A DNA stretch of 58,331 nucleotides, the filler included, from Sluysia triapertura (taxonomy: Eukaryota), in assembly GCA_046118255.1 (NCBI GenBank). It is 4 parts of 4 records of this genome, joined end to end, with 100 filler letters (N's around TTAATTAATTAA, not from the genome) between each part and the next. Parts side by side here need not be neighbours in the genome. Positions count along the whole stretch, not along the records: positions 30,441 to 41,326 come from JBJNIA010192018.1; positions 41,427 to 58,331 come from JBJNIA010196486.1; 2 more parts are not named here. One strand, given 5' to 3'. The stretch's first letter is position 1, and each line of letters begins with the position of its first letter. Below the pieces are notes generated by a model. It was not told where the DNA came from, searched no databases, and saw only the letters and a list, made by a program, of their open reading frames with translations. This document shows positions 38,506 to 51,927 of the stretch, one piece after another. The position numbers and the translations under genes were made by a program.

Positions 38506-40056
38506 TTAGCGTTTAAATCGCTTTCTAATAATACCTTCATCATTCCTTCGATCAAAACTTCTTTTGAAACCCTCTGAATTTTGTTCTCCATCACCTCTAA
38601 GTTTAATTGGATTTTCATTAAATCCCAATTTTATTTGATATGGAAATTTTGAATCAGAATAAGATACCGAAATATGATTACACAAAATAATGCATTCAGT
38701 AGCTTTTTCGGCAGATTCAAACTGGATTAAACCTGATGAAGATTTTTCCCTATCAGTCAATTGATGATATTCTTCAGGCATAGGAGATGAATATTTAGCT
38801 AATTCATCCTTAAGTTGATCAAAAGTAAATTTAGGAGGAGCATTCCAATAATTTAAGGTTTTCGTTGGAACACATATTCTGTTTTTACTTGCATATTCCA
38901 TGTTTGTAAAGCGATTGTCTCTTGATGTTGTGTAGTCTTTGTAAGATGGACTACCATCGAATAACTCATAAGGCTGCTTAACTTCATTTATTATTGGTTG
39001 CTTGGAATATTGCAATTGAATGACTTGATCAAATGCAGATGAATTGTGCAAATTATTCAGTAATCGCTCAGCAGCCACAGATTCACACATCTGTATCATA
39101 GCACTACCTTCTTTTGTTTTTAAAAATTTTATTTTACTTACATTTCCATACAAACATGCTATATTAAATAACCTATCACAATTTATTTTATCATTAGCTA
39201 AATTGTATACCATCACAACACACGGACCAGAATTTATTGAAGAATTAATAGAATTGTAATTAGCGGCTGAATTATTGTTTGAACTTGGCAATGGAGTCAT
39301 TATTCCTTGATTTAAACGCCTAAATTCTCTTTCTTGATTAAAACGTCTATCATAATTTCTATTATGCACATCTGCATCATAAGCACTATGTTTTAATTCA
39401 TTTCGCCCAGAATTTGGTAGTCCCAGCAACGAATGCGTAGGATTGGTTGGTGTTGTTAGTTCGTAGTTGTAAGTATCTTCTGTATTTGACGTAGCATGCA
39501 CTCTGTCAGTTGTTGCAAATTCAATTTTTATAGTACAGCAACCCGAATAAATATCCGCACCATTTAAATTGCGTTTGGCTATAACTGCTTCTTCAACAGT
39601 AAAAAATTCTACCAATGCATGCAAATTTGACTTACGATTTATAAAAATTCTAGCAACCCTACCGTGAGGTCTACAAATTTTAAGCAAGACATCAACATTT
39701 ATTGGGTACACTGCATTGTATATAAAAAATATCAACACTTTATTTTCCATTGGAACCGAACTATCACCTCCTACTACTTTTTTTATTTCACTAGATGTAC
39801 TGAAATTCACTTTTGCAGGTTTACCACCAATATTAACAAAATCGTTTTTATAATTTCTAACAACATCCTGTGCCGAATTTAAATTGAAGAATTCAACCAG
39901 TGCTTGTCGTTTTTTTGGAATCATAACTATATCTTTTATAACGCCAAACATTTCAAATGCTCGATATACATCTACTTCCAGTGTATGCTCCGCTAATTCT
40001 CTAATATGAATAACTTTGGATGGACTAGTGTTTTTCCTATCTTCCATAGTATCCAT
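38506..40056 (-). CDS. HNRNPL: Heterogeneous nuclear ribonucleoprotein L (smooth-like), 4 RRMs, intronless CDS
   Basis: 516 aa. RRM1 SPSKVIHIR..KRQALVEF; RRM2 NKVLIFFIYNAVYPINVDVL..LNGADIYSGCCTIKIEFA; RRM3 VVMVYNL..NCDRLFNIACLYGNVSKIKFLKTKEGSAMIQM, DGSPSYKDY..NRF..ASKNRI; RRM4 LNYWNAPP..SSSGLIQF..PYQIKLGF. Confidence 0.96.
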   Translation of the reverse strand: MDTMEDRKNTSPSKVIHIRELAEHTLEVDVYRAFEMFGVIKDIVMIPKKRQALVEFFNLNSAQDVVRNYKNDFVNIGGKPAKVNFSTSSEIKKVVGGDSSVPMENKVLIFFIYNAVYPINVDVLLKICRPHGRVARIFINRKSNLHALVEFFTVEEAVIAKRNLNGADIYSGCCTIKIEFATTDRVHATSNTEDTYNYELTTPTNPTHSLLGLPNSGRNELKHSAYDADVHNRNYDRRFNQEREFRRLNQGIMTPLPSSNNNSAANYNSINSSINSGPCVVMVYNLANDKINCDRLFNIACLYGNVSKIKFLKTKEGSAMIQMCESVAAERLLNNLHNSSAFDQVIQLQYSKQPIINEVKQPYELFDGSPSYKDYTTSRDNRFTNMEYASKNRICVPTKTLNYWNAPPKFTFDQLKDELAKYSSPMPEEYHQLTDREKSSSGLIQFESAEKATECIILCNHISVSYSDSKFPYQIKLGFNENPIKLRGDGEQNSEGFKRSFDRRNDEGIIRKRFKR

Positions 40057-40480
40057 GCTGTTTACTAAATAGGATTATAAAAAACAATCAAAATTTATTT
40101 ACTTTCACTTTTCAATATGTCGTCGATAAAAAATTAAACTTCAACACAACCTTGAAAAAAATGGTTATTGAAACAACTTAAATAAATAAATACTTTCGTA
40201 ATATAAATGCATGACTAACAAAAATACAATTAAATCATACAATTATATCTATTGATTGGTTTAATTTATTTGTGACATTATTTGTGTCATGGAAATTATT
40301 TGTAATGTGTCTAAGAAATATGTCGTTCAATACATTGAGATTCATTGTTGAGGTGCATATTTAAAATGTGCTTTAATTGGTACAACTTAAACCAGTACCT
40401 TAGCAAATGAATCTTAGTAGGCAATATATAAAAATTATAATAATTGGGTAATAAGTAACTCGTCGATTATTTCTTTAAAA

Positions 40481-40610
40481 TGTTGGGGTAAAGGTCTAAG
40501 TGCCATGTTGAATTATGATAGTAATATTGACTATAATAAAATAAAATTGTTAGACGGGCTGGTAGCGCAGCGAGAGGCTCAGGTTTGATTCCCGGTCAGT
40601 CTATTTTATG
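40481..40610 (+). repeat. Dispersed repeat beginning TGTTGGGG and containing a tRNA-derived (A-box/B-box) segment lacking the anticodon arm
   Basis: A-box-like TAGCGCAGCG, B-box-like GGTTTGATTCC, acceptor-like pairing GGGCTGG/TCAGTCT, then TTTT. The 5' part recurs at 58258-58331. Confidence 0.65.
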
Positions 40611-41326
40611 AAGTATAACAGAAAAGGCAAATTTGATACGTTCATAATTACATAGATAGGTATTAAATGGAATCAGAGTAGTGAAATTGAGGATCCATAG
40701 AATCATCTGAATACATTATTAAATTTCAAGAAACTTTAGAACCTTCATTGAATCTTTAAGCATAAATTCAAAAAAGAATAATTAATTAACCTAATTAAGG
40801 AAAATATTTTTTAAAGTAACGCATGAATGCTGATGGCATGATGAGTCAGTTTCAGCTATACCCTTCGATAGAGTTATAATTTAGCAAATATCTAAAATTA
40901 ACGTTTTATAATTGTTTAGATTGCCAAATTGTGAATTAGGGAATGCGTGAGAAACACATAGAACTACAAATTGGTGGATTTAACATTATAAACATTGCCT
41001 GGATAAGAATCATGAGAGTAAAAACATCTATAATAACATAAACAGCTGAAAAATACCTTAGAGTTCCAAAGACCTATTTAAGGTGTTGAGACCTTGTGGA
41101 AGCTTGAGATACATTTGGAAAACCTTTCGAAGCGTTAAGCTACCTTTAAACTTTAGATCATTTAAGCATTCTTGAAACATCGATGAGCATTTTGTTGGGA
41201 TTAGTGAAGAACAAGGGTTGATATAAGGGTCAAAACTTAGGATAACAGAATAAGTGGAACGTTATTAAAGAATTAAGACGAGGCATTATGATGAACTGAA
41301 ATAGTAAGATAACTATAGAGAATATT

Positions 41327-41426
41327 NNNNNNNNNNNNNNNNNNNNNNNNNNNNNNNNNNNNNNNNNNNNTTAATTAATTAANNNNNNNNNNNNNNNNNN
41401 NNNNNNNNNNNNNNNNNNNNNNNNNN
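41327..41426. other. Assembly spacer (N run with TTAATTAATTAA linker)
   Basis: Same structure as at 19359. Confidence 0.98.
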
Positions 41427-43175
41427 CCAACCAAATTGTTTAGCAGTTACAAAATTTTTAAATTAGAAAAAGTTTATTTAAATATAGTCAATTATCTTTA
41501 TTACTTTATATTTCGATTTTTCATTAATACCAAAACTAGAATTGAATTTAATATAAATTATGTCAACACTTACTACCTAAAATATAATGTTTTAATTTAT
41601 AAAACATTAGAATACATGTATGATAAAAAAGAGATCATGTTTCTTAAATTAACATACGATCAATGCTATTTTATTTTATTTCTTTTGATGCCTTCATCGC
41701 TATTCCATATAGGTCATGTAGACCTATACTCTTGCTGGATACCTTTGAAATCTAACTGTTCATCACTTTATTTCTACTTTAATATTTGCGATGTAAAACA
41801 AAAGATTTCATTACTCCTAAACTTCTGCAATGTCTTGAATAACACTCGTCATCCAACAGCACGTTGTCGATATTTTTGTTTAAAGGTATCTATTATAATA
41901 TTACGTATTAACTTAATGCTAAAAAATCAATCACGGGGGATACGACAACCCCTAAAGTAGTCTCAATTCTAATTGAAAAATATTCTTACAGAATGATTCG
42001 ACACTAACAGTAGATTTCGCACTTTTTCGGCAATACAATTTATATTTTCATCCATGCTCATTTTTAGATTCATATCATGTATTTTAGTTTATCGTCCAAC
42101 ATATCCAGAACTAATTTTTTAGGAGTACATATTTTTATTATTGAAAATTATGAGTTCTGACTTTAAAAAATTTAATAATAATTTATACATTGCGAATATC
42201 TACTATGAAATAAGTATTCATAAGCGCTTAAAATAATATATCTGAATTCGTAAACAATACATAGGCAGAAAATTTCTTGTTGACCTGCTGCTAAATCTGA
42301 TATACTTTTAAAAGATCAACGTCATATACAATTTAATGTGTGTTGTTATTACGTCGTGAAATTTATAGTGATTTATTTAATGAATTAATTAGTCAAATAT
42401 CCACCAATTGCATGTAACGTAGTATATTATTAAATCAAGTCAAAAATTAAATGTCTTTAAATTGTTATCAGGTTAATATATTAGTTTTGTAAACGATGAA
42501 TAAAGCAATAACCAAAATTAGTGAAATTAGTGATTAATTTCATTAAGGTAGTTATAATAATTTGGAATATTACATGAAGAATACATACATTTATAATTTC
42601 GATGTTACGTAATTTAAAACACCTAAACAGGAATTTTGCTTTTGCGAAGTTACATATAAATCTGAACTGAACATGCTTACTTTCATTTAATAAAAATAGA
42701 TGTTGAAATTATTCTTGAATCAAAATAAAATAGATTATTATTTACATTGTTTCATTAGAAGTCAGTAGCTTCACTTTGTGTAAATTTTAGAACAGTTATA
42801 TTATAATGGGTTCACTAAGAAAAATACCACATAAATTAACCGATAAAAACGTTGCAAGATTTTGCTACTTTAATTAATAAATGTACTTATTAATTAAAAG
42901 TTGGTCAATGTTTTCCACTAATGACTATTATTGTGTATATATTTTTATAAATGTCAAAATCACAATCTTTTTATTTAATTATTAATGAATTGTTATTATT
43001 ACATGAGTTATTATTAATTTTATATTTTATTCTATTACAAAAATTTATATAAAATTTCAAACAAATATGATTATACAAGTAGTGCTTAAGGCACTTAACT
43101 GATTCGTTGTTAAAGAAAATATTTATAATATAACAATACAACATAGATTTATTTAATATCCGAAAAATCGAAATT

Positions 43176-44482
43176 TTAATCACTCTCGATACAAAAGTAA
43201 TTAATAATGTCAAATAAACAACTTTGACATCTGAGATTGGTCGTGATTCCATATAGTGCAGGAATACTGTGCCACAAAATAATATTTAAGTTTGTTGATA
43301 TCATTTCTTTATGAATATATATAATAGCATTGCGACTATCCACGTGTAGGTGGTCTATAATTCTACCATTCTCCGATAGATATATGATAATGATGTTTGA
43401 ACCATTGCACAAAAAGACATTTTAAAACCATAAAGCAAGGTCTACGGAAAATAATGGATAGCAAATATCCAACATAATAGGTGAATTGCCTGTAACTCAC
43501 AAAAATCAAAGAACACACAATCTCTCTAAGACTATTAATATAATTCGAATTAACGTTATTAATTTTATAAAATTTAAAGATCAGCATAATCGTATTCCTC
43601 AATTTATCAACATATTCTAATTTTAAATTGATATAAAGGCCTTCATAAACCTTAAATATTAAAACATGTTTAACGTCAAAAACTTTAAAATAAAGATAAG
43701 ACTAATAAGTTTTAGAGCTCTCAACATGGTCGATATATTTTGAATTAAGACTTCAAAATTTAGATTAAAATTAAAAATAAGATCTTGTGAGAATATAAAT
43801 TCAAATATGTCCTTATTTATATCTTCAAAATCGCTCAATGCATTTTCAAAATTATATAAAATAAAAGCAACAAAATCATTGTATTTAATATTAGCCATGG
43901 ATTTACAATTAAATCCATTTATATATATTCGTACCCAAAGGTTTTTAACATTAACATAATTATGAGTACGTATGGCATTATCAAATAAATAACATATAGT
44001 TGATAGAATACTAGAAAACATTTTTGTCGAAAACACCTCTTTAATTTCACAGGTGTTGTTTTGTTTAAACAATTTTCAATGTAATGATAAATAGAATACC
44101 CAAAAAGATATTCTAATTTCTCTACAACTGTTTGAAATCCAATACCAATTCGGTAATACCGAACGATGTATGGATGTCTAACTTTTGATAACGTTTCGAT
44201 TTCATGTGAAGGTTGATTACCATCTAGAACATAGTTTTGTTTTTTAGCTTCTTGTTTGCTCTGTTTATCATATATATGTTCAGAAGAGACCGAGTTTGTT
44301 TTTCGTTCTACTGTACGTATTTTGTTTCTATCACAAATCAAATTCACTTTCATTAAATCAAATATTCTAGCTTCACGTTTAATACGCGTACTGTTTCCAA
44401 TAGATGAACCGCGAAATATTGCCATTTGATTTCCTTCAGTAACAGCTTCGTGGATTATTTTCTCATTTGTCTCGAGTATCAC
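43176..44482 (-). pseudogene. Divergent protein-kinase-like gene, frameshifted (possibly Polo-like derived)
   Basis: EIETLSKVRHPYIVRYY (subdomains III-IV) and LEYLFGYSIYHYI (V); after a frameshift ILSTICYLFDNAIRTHNYVNVKNLWV (VIa-b, no HRD). Distal YYVGYLLS..NGSNIII weakly recalls a polo-box. Confidence 0.6.
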
Positions 44483-46487
44483 TAGGTATACTCAATAATA
44501 AAGAATTATGAGTAGAATTATTTTTAAATTATTTCAAAAATTTTTAAAATCAACTACTAAGTTAGTAGTTCTACTATTTATAAAGATGCACACATTTGCA
44601 TCTACAAAACGAATTTGGTTGGTCCATTCTTTTAATATCATCATTGCCATTATCATTATCATCTTAACCATTGTCATTATCGTAATAATCATCGTCATCA
44701 TCACTGTCATCACAATTATTATCGTTAATTCTACTACTGCCATTTTTATTAGTAGAAATGGTTTTGGATTTTATATGAATAATCCTTTTTAACTTCATAC
44801 ATTAAACAGAAACTAATAAAATTCAAAATTAAGCACTGTTAGAAAATAACTTCATGATTGTAATTCAAATTGTATTTAAAATTCTTATATTAACTTAGAC
44901 AATTGCAATTTAATAAATCCATTACATTTTAATATGCTTGAATGTGCTGCATAATAAATATGTTCAAAATGAGTTCACGTCAATGCAAATCTGAATTAGA
45001 ATATCATATTTCCATTTAAATTTACAAATCAAATTAAGTTAAATGCTGATCTCGATTGGTAATTAATCACGACTTGTTTTATGAAGAATTTTTGCAAAAC
45101 AATTCATTTTCTTCAATTATAGTTGATAATGCTGGTTGACGAGAACATTCGGCATTAGTCGGCTTTTTAACTGGATTTATTCTCATTATCGAAGCTAAAT
45201 TGTCTTATTTTCCATATGTTACTTTCCTGCTTGCCATCAAGTGTAATTAATACATCTTTATCACTTTTTCTCGATGATCCGTATGTATTATGTAGCAAAA
45301 TTATCTCAAATAAATATTCATGTATGCGCATTTGATCTCAATAATCTCTATCATTGGGTATTTAATGTAAGAAACGTTATCTTTGTTATAGAAACACAAA
45401 TATACGTAACATTCATATATGTATCAATCTAAATATTTTTCTCGTTTACTTATAGTTAATTCAATCGTTTCATTAGGCAGTTCTTCTTTTGGTTTTTATG
45501 ACAATTTTTCAAAAACTCTATTAACTTATTTTATTGTTGGCCATTTAGTACAAGGCAGTACTAATGTAACGGTTGTATCTTATAAAGAAGTAAACCCTTA
45601 GCTCATGGACCAACTCGCATTGCACTACAAAAAGCCTTTTCTGTACTTTATTTACACTTGTAGCTATCATTCATGATCGATTCTAATTTGTGAAAAGATA
45701 ATTTGAAAAATTGGGAGATACAAGAAAAAGGATAGTGCGTCACAATGATGATAAAAATGGCAATGAACACCGAGTTTAATATTTTGGTTTACACTGTTGA
45801 TAACAAGAATTTTACTGGGCATTTGTAATTTTATAATTTTGAGTGGTATAATGTTGTGAATGATATGTATAAAATTTGTTATGATGTAATTTTTTGTGAT
45901 GAGGTTTGTGCAGATGATTTATGTGATCTATAAGTAGGTGTGGGCTGGGCCACCACAACTATATTTGTATAATGATCATAATTGTTTTCCGATTATTATA
46001 TACTATCATTTTAGTTGATTTTCCAAGAGTTAACATGTCTTATGACTTTTGCTTATAATAAACTGAAACAGACCAGTAAATTGGACAATGCGTTCTTTTT
46101 CTAATTAAATTTTTTTACATTTACATTGATTCCATGTTTACATTTTTATTTATATTCGTATTATCATCATCATCAGTATCATTATTTAAGTAATCCTTAT
46201 TATTATCATCATCATTATTATCATTATTAGCATTGTTATTAATTTTATTTTTCGTTTTAACATACTAATATCTTCTTGAATATCATCAGTCCTCAATTAT
46301 ATTATTATCGTTACTAATAACTTTTTTAATAATTGTATTTAATTTATTAGGTAAACAACCGCAATCAACAATGTATTCATCCCCATTAATATCATCATTT
46401 TTAAGTATTAATATTGTCATTATTGAATATATTGAATAACATTTGAGGTAGTGATATTAATTCTTTACCTGTAATTTTTATCAGAAC

Positions 46488-46769
46488 TTAAAGTGCCTGT
46501 TTATTATTTTCATATGAAAGTATAAGAGGTAAAGTTGTCTTATTTTTATTCCGCCAATAATCTCCGACTTCTTTAAGTAAACGTTTTGACTGTAAACTAT
46601 ATGGTTTAAGAAAATAAACATTATCTTGTAATTCTTTTATTTCTTCACTATTACTAATATCATCTATTGGTACTGTATTTAAATATTGAATTATATCTCC
46701 TGTATTTTTACGTTCAGTATTAATTAATTCAGTAATAATTTTAACATCAACAATATTATCAAAATCCAT
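46488..46769 (-). CDS. Unassigned ORF fragment (93 aa), preceded by a 27-bp direct repeat
   Basis: Plausible amino-acid composition but no family recognised. CATGGTTTTCCTTTTCGAGTAATGTGT occurs at ~46793 and ~47199. Confidence 0.3.
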   Translation of the reverse strand: MDFDNIVDVKIITELINTERKNTGDIIQYLNTVPIDDISNSEEIKELQDNVYFLKPYSLQSKRLLKEVGDYWRNKNKTTLPLILSYENNKQAL

Positions 46770-47713
46770 TTTATTATAAATTGCTTCGTTTTCATGGTTT
46801 TCCTTTTCGAGTAATGTGTAAATGTAAAATTTGTAATTGTAATCAATAATTATTAATATTAAATTATTTTATTGAAATTATGAAATCAGTATTATTATTT
46901 TTATTGAAATAGTATTATTATATTGATATTATTTAGAAATTGTTTTATTTTTTTAAATTATCAAAACCCTTAATCTAAAAATACTCTTACTAAAATTAGA
47001 TCTTTGAAAATTATAAATAGTGATGAAACATGAATAGCTAAAATAAATTTTAAATTTTGAACTTTGGATTTTAGTGATTTACCTACAAATATTGTATGTT
47101 GGTTAATTATTTATTAATTACAAGAAGTTATTGAAGTTTATACAAAGATTCGGTTATATTGAATTGCTGGAAACGAAAAAATGCTTTAAAATTTTTTACA
47201 TGGTTTTCCTTTTCGAGTAATGTGTTTGTTTTTATTCGTTAAGTTAATTTTAAATAACTAAAATAAATTAAAATATTAAAGTTTACTTACCACATAACTT
47301 AATTCTACAACGAATATTAATTATAAATTAATTAATTAATTAATATTAATTATAAATATTATTAAATTCCTATCTTCATTATATTAATATAAATATTGAC
47401 CAAATATTTAATAAATAATATTCTAACATTTTGAGTAATTGATTATTTATTAAATTTATCATTCTTATGTGATTATAGGTAGTATAATATTAACATTTTT
47501 GTGCAAATATTCTAACATTTTGAGTATTTTATTATTGATTAAAATTTATCATTTTGTATTATTATAACAAGTATAATATTAATATTTCTTGTATAAATTT
47601 TTTGTACTTGATTGCTTATAGTAACGTTGACATTTTGTATAATTATACTTAGTGGAATTTTGTATTATCTCATCAATAAATAATTGCGTTATCTATTTTT
47701 TGTTTGTTGTTAT

Positions 47714-47962
47714 TGTGAGAAATTGAGTTTATAGGAAGATACGTACATTATAAGCGTTCTGAGTAAAATAGCATACAGAATCCATTCTATGTACCTCCAT
47801 TTTCATTCTTTTGCTCGACGCTGCAAATTTATGTGCTGGCCCTTTAGTGAGTAAGTCCAGTATCATAGAGAGCTCCCATAGACATAAAACAAAGAAAATT
47901 TTCACATAAATTAACAAATAAATTAAAAACATTTATACATATTACAACTGGTGCCCAGCAGC
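47714..47962 (+). mobile_element. Putative 5' LTR (TG...TTACA) plus primer-binding site TGGTGCCCAG
   Basis: ATTACA-AC-TGGTGCCC at 47941-47956 lies ~480 bp upstream of a gag relic. LTR start is tentative. Confidence 0.55.
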
Positions 47963-48435
47963 ATAAGCATACATTAAAATAAAATAAAATATACAAGAAA
48001 TTAAATTATAAAGACAACCCTATTACGTTTTGATTATTATAAGCAAAAGTAACCTAAATTATAAATTGTAAATTGCTATAAGTTTTAAAGTCTATAAGCG
48101 ATTATTCCATAAGTTTTATCTATAAGTGAATATTGTTCCTGAAGTCAAATAAGTCATTATTGAATGTTTTCTACGAATTAATTCTACACGAATATATAAG
48201 CTAATGATTACTAGTTTTATAATAACGCTGTTGAATAAGTTTTATCCGAATAAGTCTTGATTAATTGATTTTAGAAGTGATTATTGAATTAATATGAATT
48301 AATTTACGAGTTTCAGAAGATTTATAGAATAAACCGTATTACTAAATCCTAAATTGTTAAGAATTGTAAGATTTGAATAAAATTGATAAACAAAATATAC
48401 CATTTGACGATTATAGAGCTAAATTAAGAAACTAC

Positions 48436-48800
48436 ATGGCTTTGCCAAATGATTTTAGAGATTGCATTTCACAATTAGCAAGAGAAATGCGTCCTTTAAT
48501 GGCCTTGGGAGAAATGCGCAGTTTTAGTGGAGCAGAGGAATAACTTTGTGACTTCTTATGTGAACACGATAGTATCGCCGAAGCTAGCGAAATAGAAAAA
48601 GTTAAACGAATATAAAATTGTCTTCTGGTGTGGCTATTCAGATTTTTAAAGACATAAATGAACAAGATAAAGCAACTTGGAATTCTTTTGCTAATGCATT
48701 TAAAGAGATTGACATGGAAAAATATTATAATAAAATGTTATACTCAAGAAAGCAAAAATCTAATGATACAGTTCACAAATTAACCCAGTCAAATCAAAGA
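48436..48800 (+). mobile_element. gag: Ty3/Gypsy gag relic
   Basis: MALPNDF..MRSFSGAEE*LCDFLCEHD..EKVKRI, then SGVAIQIF..TWNSFANAF..LYSRKQKSNDTV, the typical capsid pattern (FSG, FL, G.A, TW, L..RKQ...TV). Confidence 0.8.
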
Positions 48801-51800
48801 CGATGCCCAATTTTAATTAACTTTATTAATAATTAAATAAATTCCAAACATAAGAATGCAACATATATGAATAAATTGGAGAAAATAAGGTAAAGTTTAA
48901 ATGATCAATCTATTTTAAATGTCGAATTAAATTTCCATAACAGAAAGCGGTATATTTTATGTTTTAAATTTTTATTTTAATTCATTCATATTTGATTGAA
49001 GTCATTTTGAAATTGCTAAAGTATTTTTAGAGTGATAACAGTCACTTTATAAAAATGAAGAACATATGTAAAATTGATTTGATTTCTATAAAAAGATTTC
49101 GTAGTTATAAATTTGTTTAGCACCAAATCATGATCTTTAAAATCATTCAATTTCTAATTAGAAATATTCAAATCAATACTAAAAGTAAATAATACTTAAG
49201 AGATATTTATAGTAATACTAATTTGTAATTGATTTTTATTTAACCAGTAAATTGCTGTGTTGTTATTGATTTGATTTCCAAGAGCTTAATTTTGGGTTGA
49301 ATAATTATTCATATTAAATAAGAGAATTATTGAAAATTTATATTTGATCTAGTGAATACTTAAATAATTGAGATTCTTTTTAAGCTAATTAAATTGATAT
49401 TTATTTTAAATAATTTAATAATTTCCAAGGACATAATACTAGCGTGTAACTAAAAATTAGAAACATTAAATTAAATATTAACTAAAGATTAAAGATTAAG
49501 CAGAATGGATAGAATAATGTGATATCAAATTTAAAAGCACTATAATCGACGAAAACTATCTTAAAATAAGAATGAATATAAATTATATGCAATCAAGATT
49601 TAATAAAATATAACTGATATCCAGGTAGAGAGCAATATTATTTAGAATATTAGAATGTGTATTATTATACGGAACATTATTTATTATTACATTCATTATT
49701 ATACATATTTATTATGTTAAGACTTACTACAATTGTGTATTACATTTATACATGCTTATTATGTTGTGTACTATTTATTATTGGAACATTATTACACATA
49801 TGTTTTTTATTATGAACAAGCAAGAAAATTAATGATAAAAATTACTACATAAATCATATTAAGAAAGAAAATTAAATTATCTAGTATTAATATTACTGTT
49901 GCCGAAAAATAAATAATTAATACTGTACTGACAACGACAACGATTACCTCAACAAATTTTGTGTATTGAACTGAAATTGTTTTACATTCACAAAGAATCA
50001 AACTTCTAAATAAATTCGATACAATGCAAGAATATTAATACAGTTTAGAATAATAAATAAGGTTAAAATTTTAAAAGGAGAATTAATTGGTTATTAGGAA
50101 TTACGATTTCATTACAAAACACACGAAATATAGACAGCATATTTAAATTACATAAAAAACACTGCAATATAATAACTTTTAATTTCTACATTATCATAAC
50201 CATTTTAAATTTTACAATATCATACCGCCACCAAATAGACGATTAATGTTAATGACAATATAATTAAAAGTAAAGATGATATCAAAAACCCTTATATGAA
50301 TAATAGACAATACATTTGATGTTATTATCTAAAGTACTTATTCCATGGTTATCAAGCATCTTAATTCAAATGCATACAAATTTATTCTTTCGTTAAGAAT
50401 TTCCGACTAATTTCTAAATTCATAACACTATTTTGATCGGTGTGTTTGTCTACAATAACAGATTAAAACCTTTGAATAAAATCTTCCCAAGTAAGATTAA
50501 TTTCGCCGAATTTTTATATTTAAAGCAACAGTAAGAACAATGACTTCCAAACGAGTAAGAAAGTTTCTGAGTTATCTTTATTGCTCCAATCACACGCATC
50601 TGAAAAAGAAGTAAATCTTATGATAAAAATAAGGTTCCTTGCTAGAATAAAGTTCTAAAGGTTACGAAATATTTGATAATATTGATCACTTTGAAATTTT
50701 ATTGTCACCACTGTTAATTGTAAACTATGTAATATCAATTCATTTCTATTTCGATTTGATTAAAGAGAGTAGAAATTATAAACTGTATCAGACGCGAATT
50801 TTAAATCAGTTTAATTGCTAATTTTTTAGTTGGGTAGATCTTTACAATTTAATAATATTTTTTAAGATTTGTAATATTACAATGGAAAGTCAATGATAAT
50901 ACAAATAATCTCTCACCGAATAATTGTAAATATACGCAAAGCAACAATTTGTGATTTTCATTTGATTTAGTGAATAATTATTTTAATGGAAATTATAAAT
51001 TTGTTTAAATGAGAAAAATTCATATACAATTTGCTTGAATAAGAAACAATAGCATAAAATTATTGATTAATTTTATAGTTGAAAAAGAAATTAATTTGAT
51101 TTGTTCAAAAATTGCGTGTTTATAATAACTTTTATAAAATATATGGCGTGACCATATCCACATAGAAAATTCAATATAATAAAATTTTCAGACAAAACGC
51201 AGATTCATGATTTCTTTTATACTTCGAAACTATCGATTTCGATTTGGAAATATATTTTAAATTATTGTTCAACCACGATTCAAACAAAATGTATCGATTT
51301 CAATTTGGAGAAATATTTTTTAAAACAATCCCTTAGTTTAATTTCTGTTAAGGTTACCTGATTTAATTCGGAGTTAAATTTTTCTTAAAATGCATATAGA
51401 AATTTATGGGTAATTTAAGATTACCTTAATATCATTCATAAAAATTTTATAACTTCTCTTTAAGTTCAAAAAACTTAATAATTCAGTTGCTATCATAACT
51501 TCATTTTTAATTTAACTTTTAGTTTCATAATAAATCTTATTTTATTTGGAATTTTTGGTGTTAGTGAAAAAGACTATCATATTAGAATTAAGTTAAGATC
51601 TACAGATGCGCCTAACTTGAGTTATAAGGCATTTTCTAGATGTGCCCAATATAAAATAGAATTTAATTTTGTTGCAGATTAAAATTAAACACCGTACGTA
51701 AAAAGTCAAAATTAGAGCAAATACTCAGTGAATCAATGTACCAAATTGTGATGCATTTTTAAAACTGCCGAAGTTGAGCACAAAAACGAAAATCGATTTA

Positions 51801-51927
51801 CTGTAGTCATATTAAATAATTTAACATTAATAAATTCGTTAAACGAAAATGAAAATATTTCAGTTTAATATTTTACAGTTTGCATACACGATATATTAGT
51901 ATATAAAATTCAAAAAAGATTACTTAC

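Noticed and set aside
39044-39882. Plus-strand ORFs 39044-39259 and 39664-39882
   Set aside because: Antisense shadows of the hnRNP L CDS.
40551-40603. Functional tRNA gene
   Set aside because: No anticodon arm and a mutated T-loop; kept only as a tRNA-derived repeat.
45120-45300. Minus-strand LASIMRINPVKKPTNAEC resembles kinase subdomain XI
   Set aside because: Too short, and it lies upstream of, not downstream from, the kinase relic.
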